The notes under the pieces were generated by a model. It searched no databases, was not told the origin of the DNA, and saw nothing but the letters and a program-made list of their open reading frames with translations. The translations under genes were made by a program, and so were the position numbers. From positions 62,001-126,000 of the forward strand of contig JALDZS010000053.1 in the NCBI GenBank assembly GCA_022813965.1: a stretch of 64,000 nucleotides of DNA. The letters are read 5' to 3'. Origin of the DNA: Toensbergia leucococca (taxonomy: Eukaryota). Positions 24,808 through 46,372 of this stretch are shown here, one piece after another (position 1 is the first letter of the stretch; every line of letters begins with the position of its first letter).

Positions 24808-25542
24808 ATGCCGCCAAAGACACTTGAGAGTGAGTATAATGCTTGGGTAGAGGCCTGGAGTGAAGATAAAGCGCCGACTCAGGAAGAGTTTGATCATTTT
24901 TTTGACTCCGTACTAATGGAAGGTCGGTATCAACCAGTTGAGGAGACGACGGCCGCAGGAGAGGTACCAGCACAAGGAACCGGAGCCCCGCCTCCGCGCC
25001 GAAGGGGTCGGCCCCCTAAAGGTGAAGAGCGTACTAGAAATCGGTCAGAGGCAGGGAAACGGCCCCCTAAAGGTGAAGAGGGTACAAAAAGGAAATCAGA
25101 GGCGGCAAAAAAAGGATGGCAAAGGCTGAAAGATATACGGGAAGGGAAAATTCCGCCACTTCCAAAGGGGGCGACCCGGCACGGGGAAACAGAGGCGGAG
25201 AGAGAAAAATGGGAGGAGGGGAGGGAAGACAGATTCAGGAAAGGTTTAATAAAACGGAAGGAGACGTACGAGAGCACTCGTGAGGCACGAGATGCAGAGA
25301 AGCAAAAGCGGGACGAGAAACGGGAGAATGAGAGAAAAACCAAGGAAGAATTCACAAAACAGGTGTGGGAACGTGAGGAGGCAGCAAGACAATTTAACGA
25401 AACCCTTCTCGCCAGCCAAACGTCACAACTTTCCATGGCCCCGAGTCAGTCCGGGTTTTTCAGCAGAGACGAGGGAGGTCAAGGACGTGGAGGAGGGACT
25501 GTAGACCAGCATGACAAATCGCGAAATCTAAAGCGGCCGTAA
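24808..25542 (+). CDS. Orphan charged protein with an AT-hook motif and coiled coil (244 aa)
   Basis: Starts MPPKTLE; contains PRRRGRPPK (AT-hook), a 51-bp-period duplication (cggccccctaaaggtgaagag at 25009 and 25060) and an E/K/R-rich helix. Confidence 0.65.
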   Translation: MPPKTLESEYNAWVEAWSEDKAPTQEEFDHFFDSVLMEGRYQPVEETTAAGEVPAQGTGAPPPRRRGRPPKGEERTRNRSEAGKRPPKGEEGTKRKSEAAKKGWQRLKDIREGKIPPLPKGATRHGETEAEREKWEEGREDRFRKGLIKRKETYESTREARDAEKQKRDEKRENERKTKEEFTKQVWEREEAARQFNETLLASQTSQLSMAPSQSGFFSRDEGGQGRGGGTVDQHDKSRNLKRP

Positions 25543-26894
25543 AGGAAGGATGCCAGTGGAACCTCGGAGGAATCGCAGTCACCATCATCAAAGGCTGCTA
25601 AACCACCTGCTCCCAGGAAGCGCAAACCCAACCAGTAAAATGCTTTGAATTCACACTCCAAGGATTCAAAACATTCCTATTCTTTTCTTATTCTTTTTTC
25701 ACAAAAAAAACTCCTGTATTTTTAATTCTCAAAATAGGCGTGTTGAGTAATTTTTTTTTCTTTTCTCTTTCTTTTGTACTTCTTAGAAAAGGCGTTGCTC
25801 AGTTAGTCTCAGGTTTCTTTTTCTTAACAGTTTCTTGTTACTAGTTTTGCTTTTGGAAGATGAGTTGAGTCAGAATGTATTACAACAGCATGCTTTTTTC
25901 TTTTAAATAAAAAGTCTGTAAGGGTTCTTCTGGTGGTTGGTGATGATCCCTTCTTATATGCCTGACTCATGATGATTCTAAGTGCCTCAGGGATGAATAT
26001 CTAGGTTGTGGGCCGGAGCAATGATGATCCGACCCGGGGGCAAGAAACCTAAGATAGAACCGTGACAAAGTCTAAATCATTACAAATCTAAAAGCTTTAT
26101 TTTTTAAAGAAAGGCAATTCTGACATAAAAACCATGAAGGTATATGACATTCAAAAGTAATGAGAAAATTAAGATAAAATGTGATGCAGAATGATAAAAT
26201 TCCTCTTACTGATCTTGCACCTGAGAGAGGGCTGTTTATTTATTAACACTCTAAAATATTACATTTTTCTCTGCAACAGTTCAGCGCATTGAGTACAAGA
26301 AACAAATCAAAAGGAACCCTATGAAGAAGAAAAAAAGAAATCTTTTACAAATTAAGGCTCTTATTTGATTATTTCTTGAATAAATAATTGATTAGTGTTT
26401 ACATAGCTCACTCTTCTCCTCTCTCTAAAAAAAACCCTCCCCTCAAACTTCATTTATATACAAACTCTTATCAAGTCAAAAATAGAAAAAAAAAGCCCTT
26501 CAAGAATGCTCAAGAGTGCTGCTAGCAAAAGGAAAAAGAAGGGCAGGGAGAACACAGTAAACAAACTAGCACAAAATGCTCAAGACATAGAGGTGAATAG
26601 ATATACAACGCCATCGGCTTATTGCGCATCCCTCTTCATCTCCTCAGTTCCCTCACTACTCAAATAAAGAACAAACAGAAAACCCGTCCCAGCTAATCAT
26701 GCAAAAACGCCATCGCTAAGCCCCAATAGTGTATGTAAGTGTGAGATCATGGGGGTATCTACATATGCTCGAGCACACATATGAACGTAAACAGCCATCA
26801 ACATCCCACAATTATGAACAGCCTGCTCTTCCCCCCCTATTTTAAATCATATACGCCAAAGGGCAATTCATTCCCGTTCTCAATTCTTGCTACA

Positions 26895-34759
<7,865 letters not shown>

Positions 34760-35213
34760 ACTGCTTGTGCCCAGAATCTCAATCAAGCACGGTGTTCCTC
34801 TAATCTAGAGCTTTGAGGCATGTTCGACGTGCAATCTCGGATGCAAATAAGCGAACACATTACGACACAGGGTCCATCGGGTTGAGCCACGCCAATGTTA
34901 TGTGGTGTCTGTCAGGCAACTTCACTATGCCAATCGGCTTTGCCATCTTTGCTATCTCCGGGTAAGATGTGTCAATTGTAATGCAGCGATTTATTACTTA
35001 TTTGCAGATCCCAATAACGTCCAAGTCCCTACTCGTGCCTTTCTATTACACCTGCAGCGAAAACAAAAAAACATCAGAATGAACTCCTCTATAAAGAACA
35101 CCATCATTACCACTCCGAGTAGCCTTGATTGCTGAAAGTACCTTAGCAAGTCATTCACGACCTGGTAGGTTATCCCAACGGGACCTTCTTCATGCTGAGA
35201 GCCTCCTGAACTT

Positions 35214-36756
35214 TCACGTCGATTTGACGTCAGTCGCCTTGTCCCCGATGAGCGAATTGACATACTGGTTGGAACTAGCAATTGCGGCCTTCGTATCGTA
35301 GCCAACGCTTGGTGCAAGTCCTCCAAGAATGACGAAGAGAGTAATTATGATTCCCGCGAAAACAATGATTTTGCGCAGGGCAGGGTGTCGCACGCCATAT
35401 TCCGCCCATGCACGGCTTCCTTCTGCGTAGTACACCTTGATTTTATCAGCCCCAAGCTTGTAATATATCATTCCAGCAAGCGCTATGCTGTAGCCGAAAA
35501 ATTGAAGAGGCGATACTGGTGTTCCCCAGATCGCGATGGACGCACAGACAAGTAGGATGTCTTTCAGTACCCCACAAAGGGTTAGGACAAGAGACGATGT
35601 TCTCCCAATCTAAGTACATTAGCTGAAATAGAAGCTGATAAATAGCATGGCTCACTCACCAGGAAGACAACCGAGACGTTCAACAAGAAGGCTACTACGG
35701 CATTGGCCAGAAGCGTTAATAGTCCAACATTATAGATGTCTGCCATTTGGAGTTTCGGGATCTCGAATACCAAAGACACACAAAAATTGAACACGGTGCA
35801 GACCGGAGCGAAGTAGTAGAGCGATACTAGAGGATCCATCTTGTATTCTGCAGAGTTCAATAGTCTGTCCACCAATACAAGTCGGATAGCTTCGAAAATA
35901 ATGCCTCCAACCTGGAACATGAATCCAGTTAAGACGAACTTAATTTCGCCGAACGATGCCAGGACGACACCAATAACAATGAAGGATACATTGTAGAGAA
36001 CTCTGAGGTTTGGCGGCGCCACGCCCAAGGCCCAACCGGCAAGGAGGACCGCAACAGGTGTTGTAGCCTATATAGCAACGTCAGAAAATCCGTCGGTATT
36101 GAGAGGGGCGTTTCCATGGGCCCACCTTGAGCATCTGGATGAAGGCTACACTTAGATAAAGGTATGTCAAATTTCCACAAATTAACGAGAGACTGAAGAA
36201 GAGGCCAATGGGCATGATTGCGCGTAAGTAGACTCTGCCAGTCATTTTGACTGTCTTTCTGCCATCAAGCAAAGTTGTTGTACGTGCTAGGATCTGGGTC
36301 ATGAGGGTTGCAAACCCAAGATGCCATGTTGTGAGGACAATTGCTGTGGTACGATTTGTGGTCAGATCAACTTCATGCACCGGCGGAAGCAAACATACGG
36401 AAATCTAAATGACACGGTCAGTGTTGTGATAGAGCATTTCCTAGAGGCTGAGACTTACGAAAATTGGCAGTGTCCAGAATCCATTTGTTGAAGAGGATAA
36501 CGCTCGAACTTAACGTAATCCACACACTACCAAGAGGGAGCAGTCAGTAGATGTAGAGCTGTGGGAGACGGTGTAGGGGAATTGTTAGGCATCCATTACA
36601 AGGTGGAGCTCACATAACGTAGACGGAAGGGTGGAAGCTAGTATTTGAAGGCTCGCTTTTTTCCGAAGTTGGATTCACGGTTGGAAGAATTGGTGATGTA
36701 GGCCTTGACCTAAGCAGCTCTCCCGAAAGTCGTTCCTTTTCCTGCTCGGCCCCCAT
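35214..36756 (-). CDS. ugtA: UDP-galactofuranose transporter (TPT-family nucleotide-sugar transporter), multi-exon
   Basis: FHPSVYV/WITLSSSVILFNKWIL, LTTWHL, LLDGRKTVKMTGRVYLRAI and KMDPLVSLYYFAPVC closely match Aspergillus GlfB/UgtA as recalled. The gene is near UGM. Confidence 0.92.
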
Positions 36757-37644
36757 CGTGAAGACAGGGCGTTGGGAATGAAAAAAGGAGTGCAAGTCAA
36801 ACGGTCGCGACCGTACGTTGCTCCCAGCGCGGTACAGATTGAAGAGATGGAAGAGGCTTATTTGAGCATGGTTCAACAATTGTGGCAGTGATGAGTCGAT
36901 TTAATCTAGTCAATGAATGAAGGCGAGAATGGTGCTTGGTTGATAGTGGAGATAGGTATGAGTGAGGTACTCCGTACCTGTATTCTATCTCGATTTCCGC
37001 TTACTAATCAAATTAGAATATAACAAGTCGAGTGAAGTGGCGAAGAGCGAAGCTGACGTCTGTCTCGCCTGTTCTTGCGACTTAGCCTGAAAACGAGACC
37101 TCAGACTCTGAGCCCTACCTAGGTAATTATACAGAGCTGGAGTTCTGTCCTTAAGAAACTTGACGTCTGGTTAAGTTTGATTAAATCAAAGAGCCTTCGG
37201 CATCTATACTACAAGAGTACAACTCTTAGCATTTGCTGATTGCCTAGGTGTGTAGAAACACTAATCTATCTAAAGTTTACGGAGTATTGAGTGGTGGACT
37301 CTTCACACTTGATCGATACACGTATTGCTTCTTTGAAGTGTACAGATCCCCTCACGTTGAGATATTTGTGAGGGTCACGACAGCGACTTTTCGTTTTCCT
37401 ACGTTGCCTATCAAGTCCCATAGATATATCTCACTTACCTTATGTTACGCCAATGACATATGATCTCGAGCATTCTTGTCTTAACTTCTCTCAATTGCAA
37501 TTTCGAGAAAAGCCCATCAACATGTCTACTATCTGAAAGTTCGAAGAGTTTAATTCCATACAGAACTAACTGAATCTCTCTCTACCAAGTGCTATGGGGA
37601 GCTGACTGATAATCCTCTTGTTTAGAATAGCTTAAGCTACAACT

Positions 37645-38642
37645 ATGCCAAAAGCCCTCTTTTTAATGGCCGATTATGGCCACGACCCAACCGGTACCAA
37701 TCCATCGTCTACCTGACAAAGCCCTCAATGATCTCGTTGACACCAATAATTTCAGAAACTGCAATCCCGTACGCGGAATTCAAAACCGCCGGCTTCGACA
37801 TCGATTTCGCCACCGAAAGCGGAACAGTCCCAAAATGCGACGATAAGATGCTCACTGGCATGACCCAAAAACTCTTAGTACACGCCCCTCATCGCCTCTC
37901 CGCCGAAAAAGAATCGTAATAACTAATCATGATCAATCAGGGCGCAACCAAAAAAGCCGTCCAACAATACGACGCCATGGCAAAAGACCTCGCCCTCAAG
38001 AAACCCCTCGCCTGGACCGACACCAATTTCTCCTTATCCCCCTACGACCTCGTGTTCCTTCCCGGCGGCCACGAAAAAGGCGTACGCCAAATAATCGACT
38101 CCCCAATCGTCCACAAACTCCTCTTAGACTACTTTCCGCAAACGCAGAAGCCCTCCCAAAAGACTGTCGCAGCAGTCTGCCACGGTGTATGTGCGCTTGC
38201 GGAATCCCTTCTACCGGACGGGACGAGCGTGCTCCACGACGCCACTACCACGGCACTTCCTCATTTCATGGAACAGTCTATTTTTTGGGCCACGAGGGCT
38301 TTTCTGGGTGATTACTACAAGACATATGGTGCGTGCTCGGATAGCGTGGAGACGAGCGTAAGTTTCATTTCATTACCCTTTCCCCGCCAACGAGATTATC
38401 AAACCCTGACGTCTCTAGGTTCGAAAACGCCTGGATGATCCAGAGAAACAGTATCAAAACAGCCTTGGCTCCAAACCGTAAGCCCATCCTTCTCCACAGC
38501 CCCCCGGAAATGTATTAAAATCCCTCCCAGGTTCGTAGTCGAAGACGCAAAATATAACTACATCAGCGCCAGATTCCCTCCCGACGCCGAGGAATTGGCA
38601 AAGAGAACTATAGCTCTGGTCCAGCAAAGTATCAAAGCTTAG
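37645..38642 (+). CDS. DJ-1/PfpI (class I glutamine amidotransferase-like) protein, 5 exons
   Basis: MADYGHDPTE start, VFLPGGH, nucleophile elbow AVCHG, and C-terminal YISARFPPDA. Four GT-AG introns join the frames. Confidence 0.88.
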
Positions 38643-39586
38643 ATAGGGTAGGCTTCACGGGGAGGTTTCTAAATTTTGAAAGATTAAGCACCACATCTGC
38701 GTTATTTGTTCTTGACTTGACCCTGCAACAATCCACCGGCCAAGTATTCATACAGTTAGTTGACAAATTGACGCCTATGCCGAAGTATCAAAGAATTAGG
38801 TACTATAGTACCATCATGATCTTTCAAGTCATCAACATACACATCTCTTAAAACCAAGGGGTTATTTTCTGTAGAGCCTACCTAGTAGACAAGCCGAAAT
38901 CCACTACTCTACAGAACAACGAAGAAAAAGAAAAACCCAATGAGCGAAGAAACCACAACCCGTACCTAACCAAAACAAAATCTATTCAACTATTTCCATC
39001 TTCCTTCTCGCCTAAATAGCACTATTTCAAAGTCCCCAAAAGCCCAACCCCCCGATCTACGAATCCTAAGAATCCCCCCTTCCCCTAATGTGGTAGACCT
39101 TGCGGACCCCTCAGCCCCCAAATCACCAAATCACCACCCCCGCCCCACAGCACCAGAGCCTCAGCATCACTCACGGCCGTAAGACAAAGAGTCCCCCTAA
39201 TGCAAACGTCCGTCCTAAAAATCATGATTTCGTAATCTTTGGTCCGTCCAGGTAGGCAATTGCGCCGGCGGTGAAACAAAAAAAGGGGGGTGGTGCGGAG
39301 ATAAAAATTCTTTGTTGGAAAAAAAATATGATGGATTCTTCGAAAAATAGAACGGTTGAGTCGGGAAGGGGGAGAGGGGGGGGGATGGGGCTACAGGATA
39401 CTTCGTGTATATAAGAGAAATATAGATTCCGTTTTATCATTGAATTCGACACAGCACAGCTCATCAGTTCAAAACATCTAAGTCAAAGCACATTTCTTGG
39501 TCTTCCCCAAGCGTCCCCTCCGGAAAAGGCACTCTCTCGGCATCAACAAGCTCCAAATCACCTCTCTAAACCTCAACCCAGTAACC

Positions 39587-40305
39587 ATGACACCCCTAAA
39601 AGCGCTCTCTTTTCTCTCCCTCGCCATCTCCGCCCTCGTCAGCAGCACTCCCCTCGCCCCCACCGCGCGCACAACCACAGACGCCGCCGCAATCCCCTGC
39701 CTCTCGCACATCTTCACCGGCAAGATTCTCATCGGCCATGTCTTGACACCGATTCCCATCCCGGGCGGTGTGCGTGAGAGTAAGTTCTTCCCTTTCCTCT
39801 CGCAGAGCTCATCTTTCAGCATCGAAAAGAAGTGACACCTGCAAACGGCGCTGACAGTGGTTGGATATCAGTCGAGCCTTTCATCGGAGGAAACATTACT
39901 GGACCCACTCTCAACGCCGTCATCCAAGGTGGATTGGCGTTTCCGACCTTGGAGGAGAATGGGACGGTGCAGAATGTCAACATCGCGCTTTATGGGGTTA
40001 CGACGGATGGCTATAGTTTCTATGCTAGTGGGACCGGGGTGGGATCGAGCGGGAATCAGTTTGCGGAGTTTGTGAGTAATCCTGTGCGAGATGTGGGAGG
40101 CTGGTTCTGGTGGATCATCTGGTTTTGGCCGAGGTTTGAAAGCTGAGCGGTTAGGGAATGCTGATCTTTTCTTGTTCGCTAGGATGTTGAGGTGGCTGGG
40201 CCGTTGGCGGGATTGGCGGATGAGTTCATTCTTGTCAATATTGTGCCTAATGAGTCGAAGACGGTGGTGACAATTGAGGGGTGGAAGGTGGGGTGTTTAT
40301 CGTGA
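39587..40305 (+). CDS. Secreted DUF3237/UPF0311-like beta-rich protein, 3 exons
   Basis: Signal peptide MTPLKALSFLSLAISALVSS and IPGG.R...PFIGGNITGPTLNAVIQGG...YGVTTDG pattern. Introns at ~39780-39871 and ~40072-40182. Confidence 0.7.
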
Positions 40306-40859
40306 ATTTTGGAGTGGTGTTGGCGTTGAAGTTGGTTCGATATAATTGTGGGTAGAGAGTGCTGGGGTGGAGACAATTGTGGAAAGGCAAAGGGTCTGGA
40401 TGAGGATTTGTAGAAAGACAGGACAATGTAGAAGGGACCGAAAAGAGACCTTGACTGGGGACTAGTGAGGGGGATGAGCTTACATTCATTAAATATTCGA
40501 GAATAGACGGTTTAGGCATCAAGTTGCGGAATGAACGACCTGGATCATATAGATCCAGATTTTGGCTGCCTATGTGATGGTGCTAAAGTCTGTTGCATAC
40601 GATGCGATGATCCCATTTCTGTTGCTATGACGGCCATTCACCTTATAGGTGGATTTTTTTGGGTGTTCTTTGGCGGTGAGATTGATATGTGGGTACTTGA
40701 TAAATCCTCAGTAGCGGGCTCGCAACACGCCACATCTCCAATGTGTGGTCGACGAACAGAACATCGAGATGAGCCTCAATGTCTGGGTTTGAATCTAAGA
40801 GGATGTGCCAGACGATAAGGTCACACTAGTCTAAGTAAAAGGCTTGTTTCGTCCATTCA

Positions 40860-41360
40860 TTACATCTCTCCGGCCAATTTGTCTTCTTCTGCCGGATCAA
40901 TCAAAATGATTACCTTATGTTTCCATGAGCTTCCGAAATAATGCAATGCTAAGCCTTCCGCGTTGTCTTCTCTATTGCCCGAAAAAGCGAGTTTTGGTAG
41001 GATGAGAACATCACCCGCCTTGTCTTTGAATTCCGACGGTATCCAAGAATTGATTAGCTTCATTACTACGACATCAATATCGTTATAGACACCGCCTTCG
41101 GCCAACTGGACAAGATGTCTTATCAGGTCCAATAGAAGAATCTTGTCTTCTGTGTTCATAAAGACGTCAAAGACCTTAGCGTTGGTGGGAAAATGAGCTT
41201 GAACACAGCTTTCGGCGCTCCCATCGTTGAGTATCTCATGCTGTTAATTTGGATTCAGTGTAGACCATAACTCACCCGGTCCTTTTCCTCAACATCAAGT
41301 GAGACATAATTCTTGGGCGAAGTTTGCCATATTCCTTTGGTGAATTTGTGGAATATGAAG
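40860..41360 (-). pseudogene. Decayed GT32 (Och1-like alpha-1,6-mannosyltransferase) gene
   Basis: KGIWQT, WSTLNP, DLIRHL...EGGVYNDID, GDVLILP and HYFGSSWK motifs are retained. It has a frameshift at ~41268, TAA at 41244-41246, an upstream stop, and lacks the central region. Confidence 0.8.
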
Positions 41361-42072
41361 TCGGCTGATGGAGGCTTGGAGGAAGACACTCAATAAACGG
41401 ATGCCCCTCCAGATCAATCTGATCTGCGAATTGGATGTGGACATAGCAACGGAGAGGAAAGGGCATTATATGCTGGTCTTAGAAAGCTGTTGAAGTACAA
41501 GCAAAACATTCTAAACTTTGTATCATGCCCTTCTTAAACCATTATAGAAGAAACTTATCCTGACCTTCTGCCAAGGATACGTAATCTTCATTGGTTGCCC
41601 AATAATGATCTTTCCTCATCTGAGGTAGGACACATCGATTGCAATGAGACTCTCGGAGGAGCAACAATAGCGCAGTAGCTTGCTTTGGGACCGGATTTGA
41701 AGAGTATAGAGTCAAGAGCAGGATAGCAACGCGTGACGCAACATTGGATGGCCATTGCTCTGAGCTGGTACGATTGCTTCAGGGAAGATGGTGGTTTGCA
41801 AAAATCCTCTATTTAGATCTCTAGAATAAGCCACTGAGCCACTCCTGGGAGTGACGGCCGCTTAATTGTGTACCTTAGAATACTGTATGGATACGGTCAT
41901 CTATTTTCGAGGCCTCCTTATATTGACCACCCGAGCCACCATCACCGTGCTCAATTGATATTCCGCCGCATGTCACTCGTTTCATAAATCTGCGTCGAAG
42001 TGATCAATGTTGGACTTTGCCCGAAGAACTTTCACTCAAATTGCCACGCCTCAAGAAAGTACAAAGGGCACA

Positions 42073-43915
<1,843 letters not shown>

Positions 43916-44180
43916 ACCCCAATCTCAGTCACCAAAGATCAGAATATGGGACACGGATAACACTACCCTGTACGATCAGCAAGGCAGAGCACTCGGTAAT
44001 TGCCAGTGCTCTATTTCATGTTTTGTGCATAGCACTTTTTTCCTTTTTCTCTCTATACGGCGATTTTTAGCTTACACGAAAAGGATAGGAATTTGTTTCT
44101 GTTTAATGTTCCGATGGTGTGTACGCTAGCTCGACTGCTGTAGAAATAGGGATCTAATAGAAAGGGATTTCGCTTTATCA

Positions 44181-44200
44181 AAGAGAGAGAGAGAGAGAGA
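44181..44200 (+). repeat. (AG)n microsatellite
   Basis: About 9-10 AG units between the convergent gene ends. Confidence 0.8.
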
Positions 44201-44377
44201 GGAAGAGGCGGTCGCTTGAATAGGGACAATGCAGCGAGAAGCAAATCAAGTCTTGCAAAACGCAAACAAAGCTCGTTCACAGAGCCACCAATACACTCTG
44301 GTAAAAACAATACCGAAAACACCCACCATTCTTGCCCCAATATCAACTCCATCCCCAGACGATACACGAACACTCAC

Positions 44378-46372
44378 CTACCGCTCCATCCATCTCACCG
44401 CCCCAGGCGGCGTCCTTTCCAATGCTCCCTCGGCTCCATCACCCCTATCTCTCCACTCCCCCATCCTCCTCTCCGCCTCCTCTTGCACGCTTACATTTTC
44501 CTGATCCGCATCTCGCCCTCTCCTCTCCATCCTCCCACCGTGCTCTCTAACCTCCACCCTCACAGCCCTACCGTCTCGAAAAATGATGCTACTTGGCGTC
44601 CGTGACGGGAGTCGCGTCGGTGTTGTCGGACCTGCGGGCATCGAGGTGGGGTGTCCGGTTCGATGAACAGGTGCTGTGAAGGCCGCTTGGGGGACGCCGT
44701 GGCGAGGAAGGCGTGCAGGGGTCTGTGGTTGGGACGAAGGTGGAAGGCGATCGTTGTAGACGGGCATGGAGCGGTGGGGGGTGAAAGGGGGAGGGGGAGA
44801 AGGTGAGGGTACGTAGCGGAGGGGAGGACGGGGTGGGGTTCGGGAGGGCGAATAGGGAAGACCGCCGAAAGGGTTCGTTTGGCCGAGAGAAGAGATGACA
44901 CGATGTGTAGGTGAAAACAGGCGGCGGGGGGTATTGAAGGTAGTGTTACATGGAGGGGCAGGGCACTTTTCAAAGGGGTTTTGAGGGGAGGAGTGAATTG
45001 GGATACCGTGGTAGGTGCCAATCGGGGAAGGAGGGGAGGAAGCGGGGCCGGTGGAACTGCTGTTTTCTAAAAGGTCTTGATATGGAGGAGGCGACTCCGA
45101 GGGCGCTTCTGATGCTTCGAAGGAGTAGCTTTCTGATCGAGGCTTATAATTTCTCCGACGGCGAGGTGGCCGAGTTAGAAGAGCAGAATCTTCATTGGTG
45201 AGAGGATCGCTGGAATTGGTGAAAGGTCTTAGGCGCTTCTCTGGGGAGCTGGACACTGCAGCTTGCGAGATGTAGAGAGGGGAGCGAGGTAGACCACTTA
45301 CGCGGCGACCTAGAATTTCAATTGGCCGGGGAAGGAATGGCTGTGGTTGCGAGGAACGGTCGTCTGGCTCGCTGAGTGGGGACAAGGATTTGGGGGCTGA
45401 TAGATCTGCTGAGACGTTGGTATCAATTTTTAAAAACAGGAGATCGGCAAGTCGATCACTGCGTGTCCCATGACGTTGAAAGTTCGTCTCCGCTTCACTG
45501 GAGGATCTGGTCCAGCATCTTTGATTGGCTGAATCAGGATGATCGGAAGATCCATCTAGGTCCATTTGAGAAGAAAATTGTCGCTGGACATTGGAAACGT
45601 CGTCATCTGTATTACGCTCGTAAGGCCTTCGATGTCGAGATATAAAAGATAGATGACGATGAGGTAGAGGTAGAGCTAACTGAGTCGTCTCCTCTGATGT
45701 ACTCTCCTGACTTAATTGGTCATAATCGCCCTCGTAGAGTTCGGTGGAACGAGAAGAGTACGACGAGAAACGAGAATCTTTTCGCAAGGATTTGTCTTCT
45801 TCTCTATGAAAGTTCTCACTGCTCTCAAGGGTTAGGTAGCCGTCTTCGCTCCGTGCAAGGTTATGAGTGGCGTTGATGTATCTCTCTCCTGAGGCCGTTA
45901 ACGGACCATGATTCTCTAGAGAGCTGTGTACAGGCTCGGTAACTAGACCTGGTAGGTTTTCCCGCAAGCTCTTTGGAGGGAGCCCAGAAACTGTTCCGGC
46001 ATCGACTAAGAAGTTCTCCCAAAACTTTCTCAAGTCTCGGGGGACCGGCTCATGGCAGACGATGGACTCATCTGAATCGTTGTCGAAGGCTACTTCAGGC
46101 ATTGGAGGGCTTGACAAGCCATGCTCTATTGTTCCGCAGCGACTCTCTTGGACAGCTGCATGAGGCCCGATCTCTGGCAGGTAGCCGGTCATACGTTGAG
46201 CTTGGCGAGCATGATGTCGGTCCGTATGCCAGACTAGATCTCTCGTACTAAGGCCTATACGGCTTGAAGGCAAGCGCAGCATTTCATGAGAAAGGGTGAG
46301 ACAGAAGAAAAGATACGTTACTTGCAACAATAAATACATGAAATAGACCTGGAAGGTTTGAGCAGCATTCAT
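44378..46372 (-). CDS. Ser/Pro-rich hypothetical protein; the true 5' end probably includes an upstream exon at ~46456-46609
   Basis: 664-codon ORF with low-complexity S/P content and conserved-looking VYNDRLP..SQPQTP and ADQEN motifs. The upstream segment LFYSINFKAL ends in a GTAAGT donor. Confidence 0.75.
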   Translation of the reverse strand: MNAAQTFQVYFMYLLLQVTYLFFCLTLSHEMLRLPSSRIGLSTRDLVWHTDRHHARQAQRMTGYLPEIGPHAAVQESRCGTIEHGLSSPPMPEVAFDNDSDESIVCHEPVPRDLRKFWENFLVDAGTVSGLPPKSLRENLPGLVTEPVHSSLENHGPLTASGERYINATHNLARSEDGYLTLESSENFHREEDKSLRKDSRFSSYSSRSTELYEGDYDQLSQESTSEETTQLALPLPHRHLSFISRHRRPYERNTDDDVSNVQRQFSSQMDLDGSSDHPDSANQRCWTRSSSEAETNFQRHGTRSDRLADLLFLKIDTNVSADLSAPKSLSPLSEPDDRSSQPQPFLPRPIEILGRRVSGLPRSPLYISQAAVSSSPEKRLRPFTNSSDPLTNEDSALLTRPPRRRRNYKPRSESYSFEASEAPSESPPPYQDLLENSSSTGPASSPPSPIGTYHGIPIHSSPQNPFEKCPAPPCNTTFNTPRRLFSPTHRVISSLGQTNPFGGLPYSPSRTPPRPPLRYVPSPSPPPPFTPHRSMPVYNDRLPPSSQPQTPARLPRHGVPQAAFTAPVHRTGHPTSMPAGPTTPTRLPSRTPSSIIFRDGRAVRVEVREHGGRMERRGRDADQENVSVQEEAERRMGEWRDRGDGAEGALERTPPGAVRWMER

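Noticed and set aside
25940..26030. Three RTGATGA (box C-like) motifs and a CTGA, suggesting a C/D snoRNA
   Set aside because: No clear terminal stem, terminal D box or recognisable rRNA-antisense guide, and such motifs arise by chance in AT-rich DNA. An Infernal/snoscan search would be decisive.
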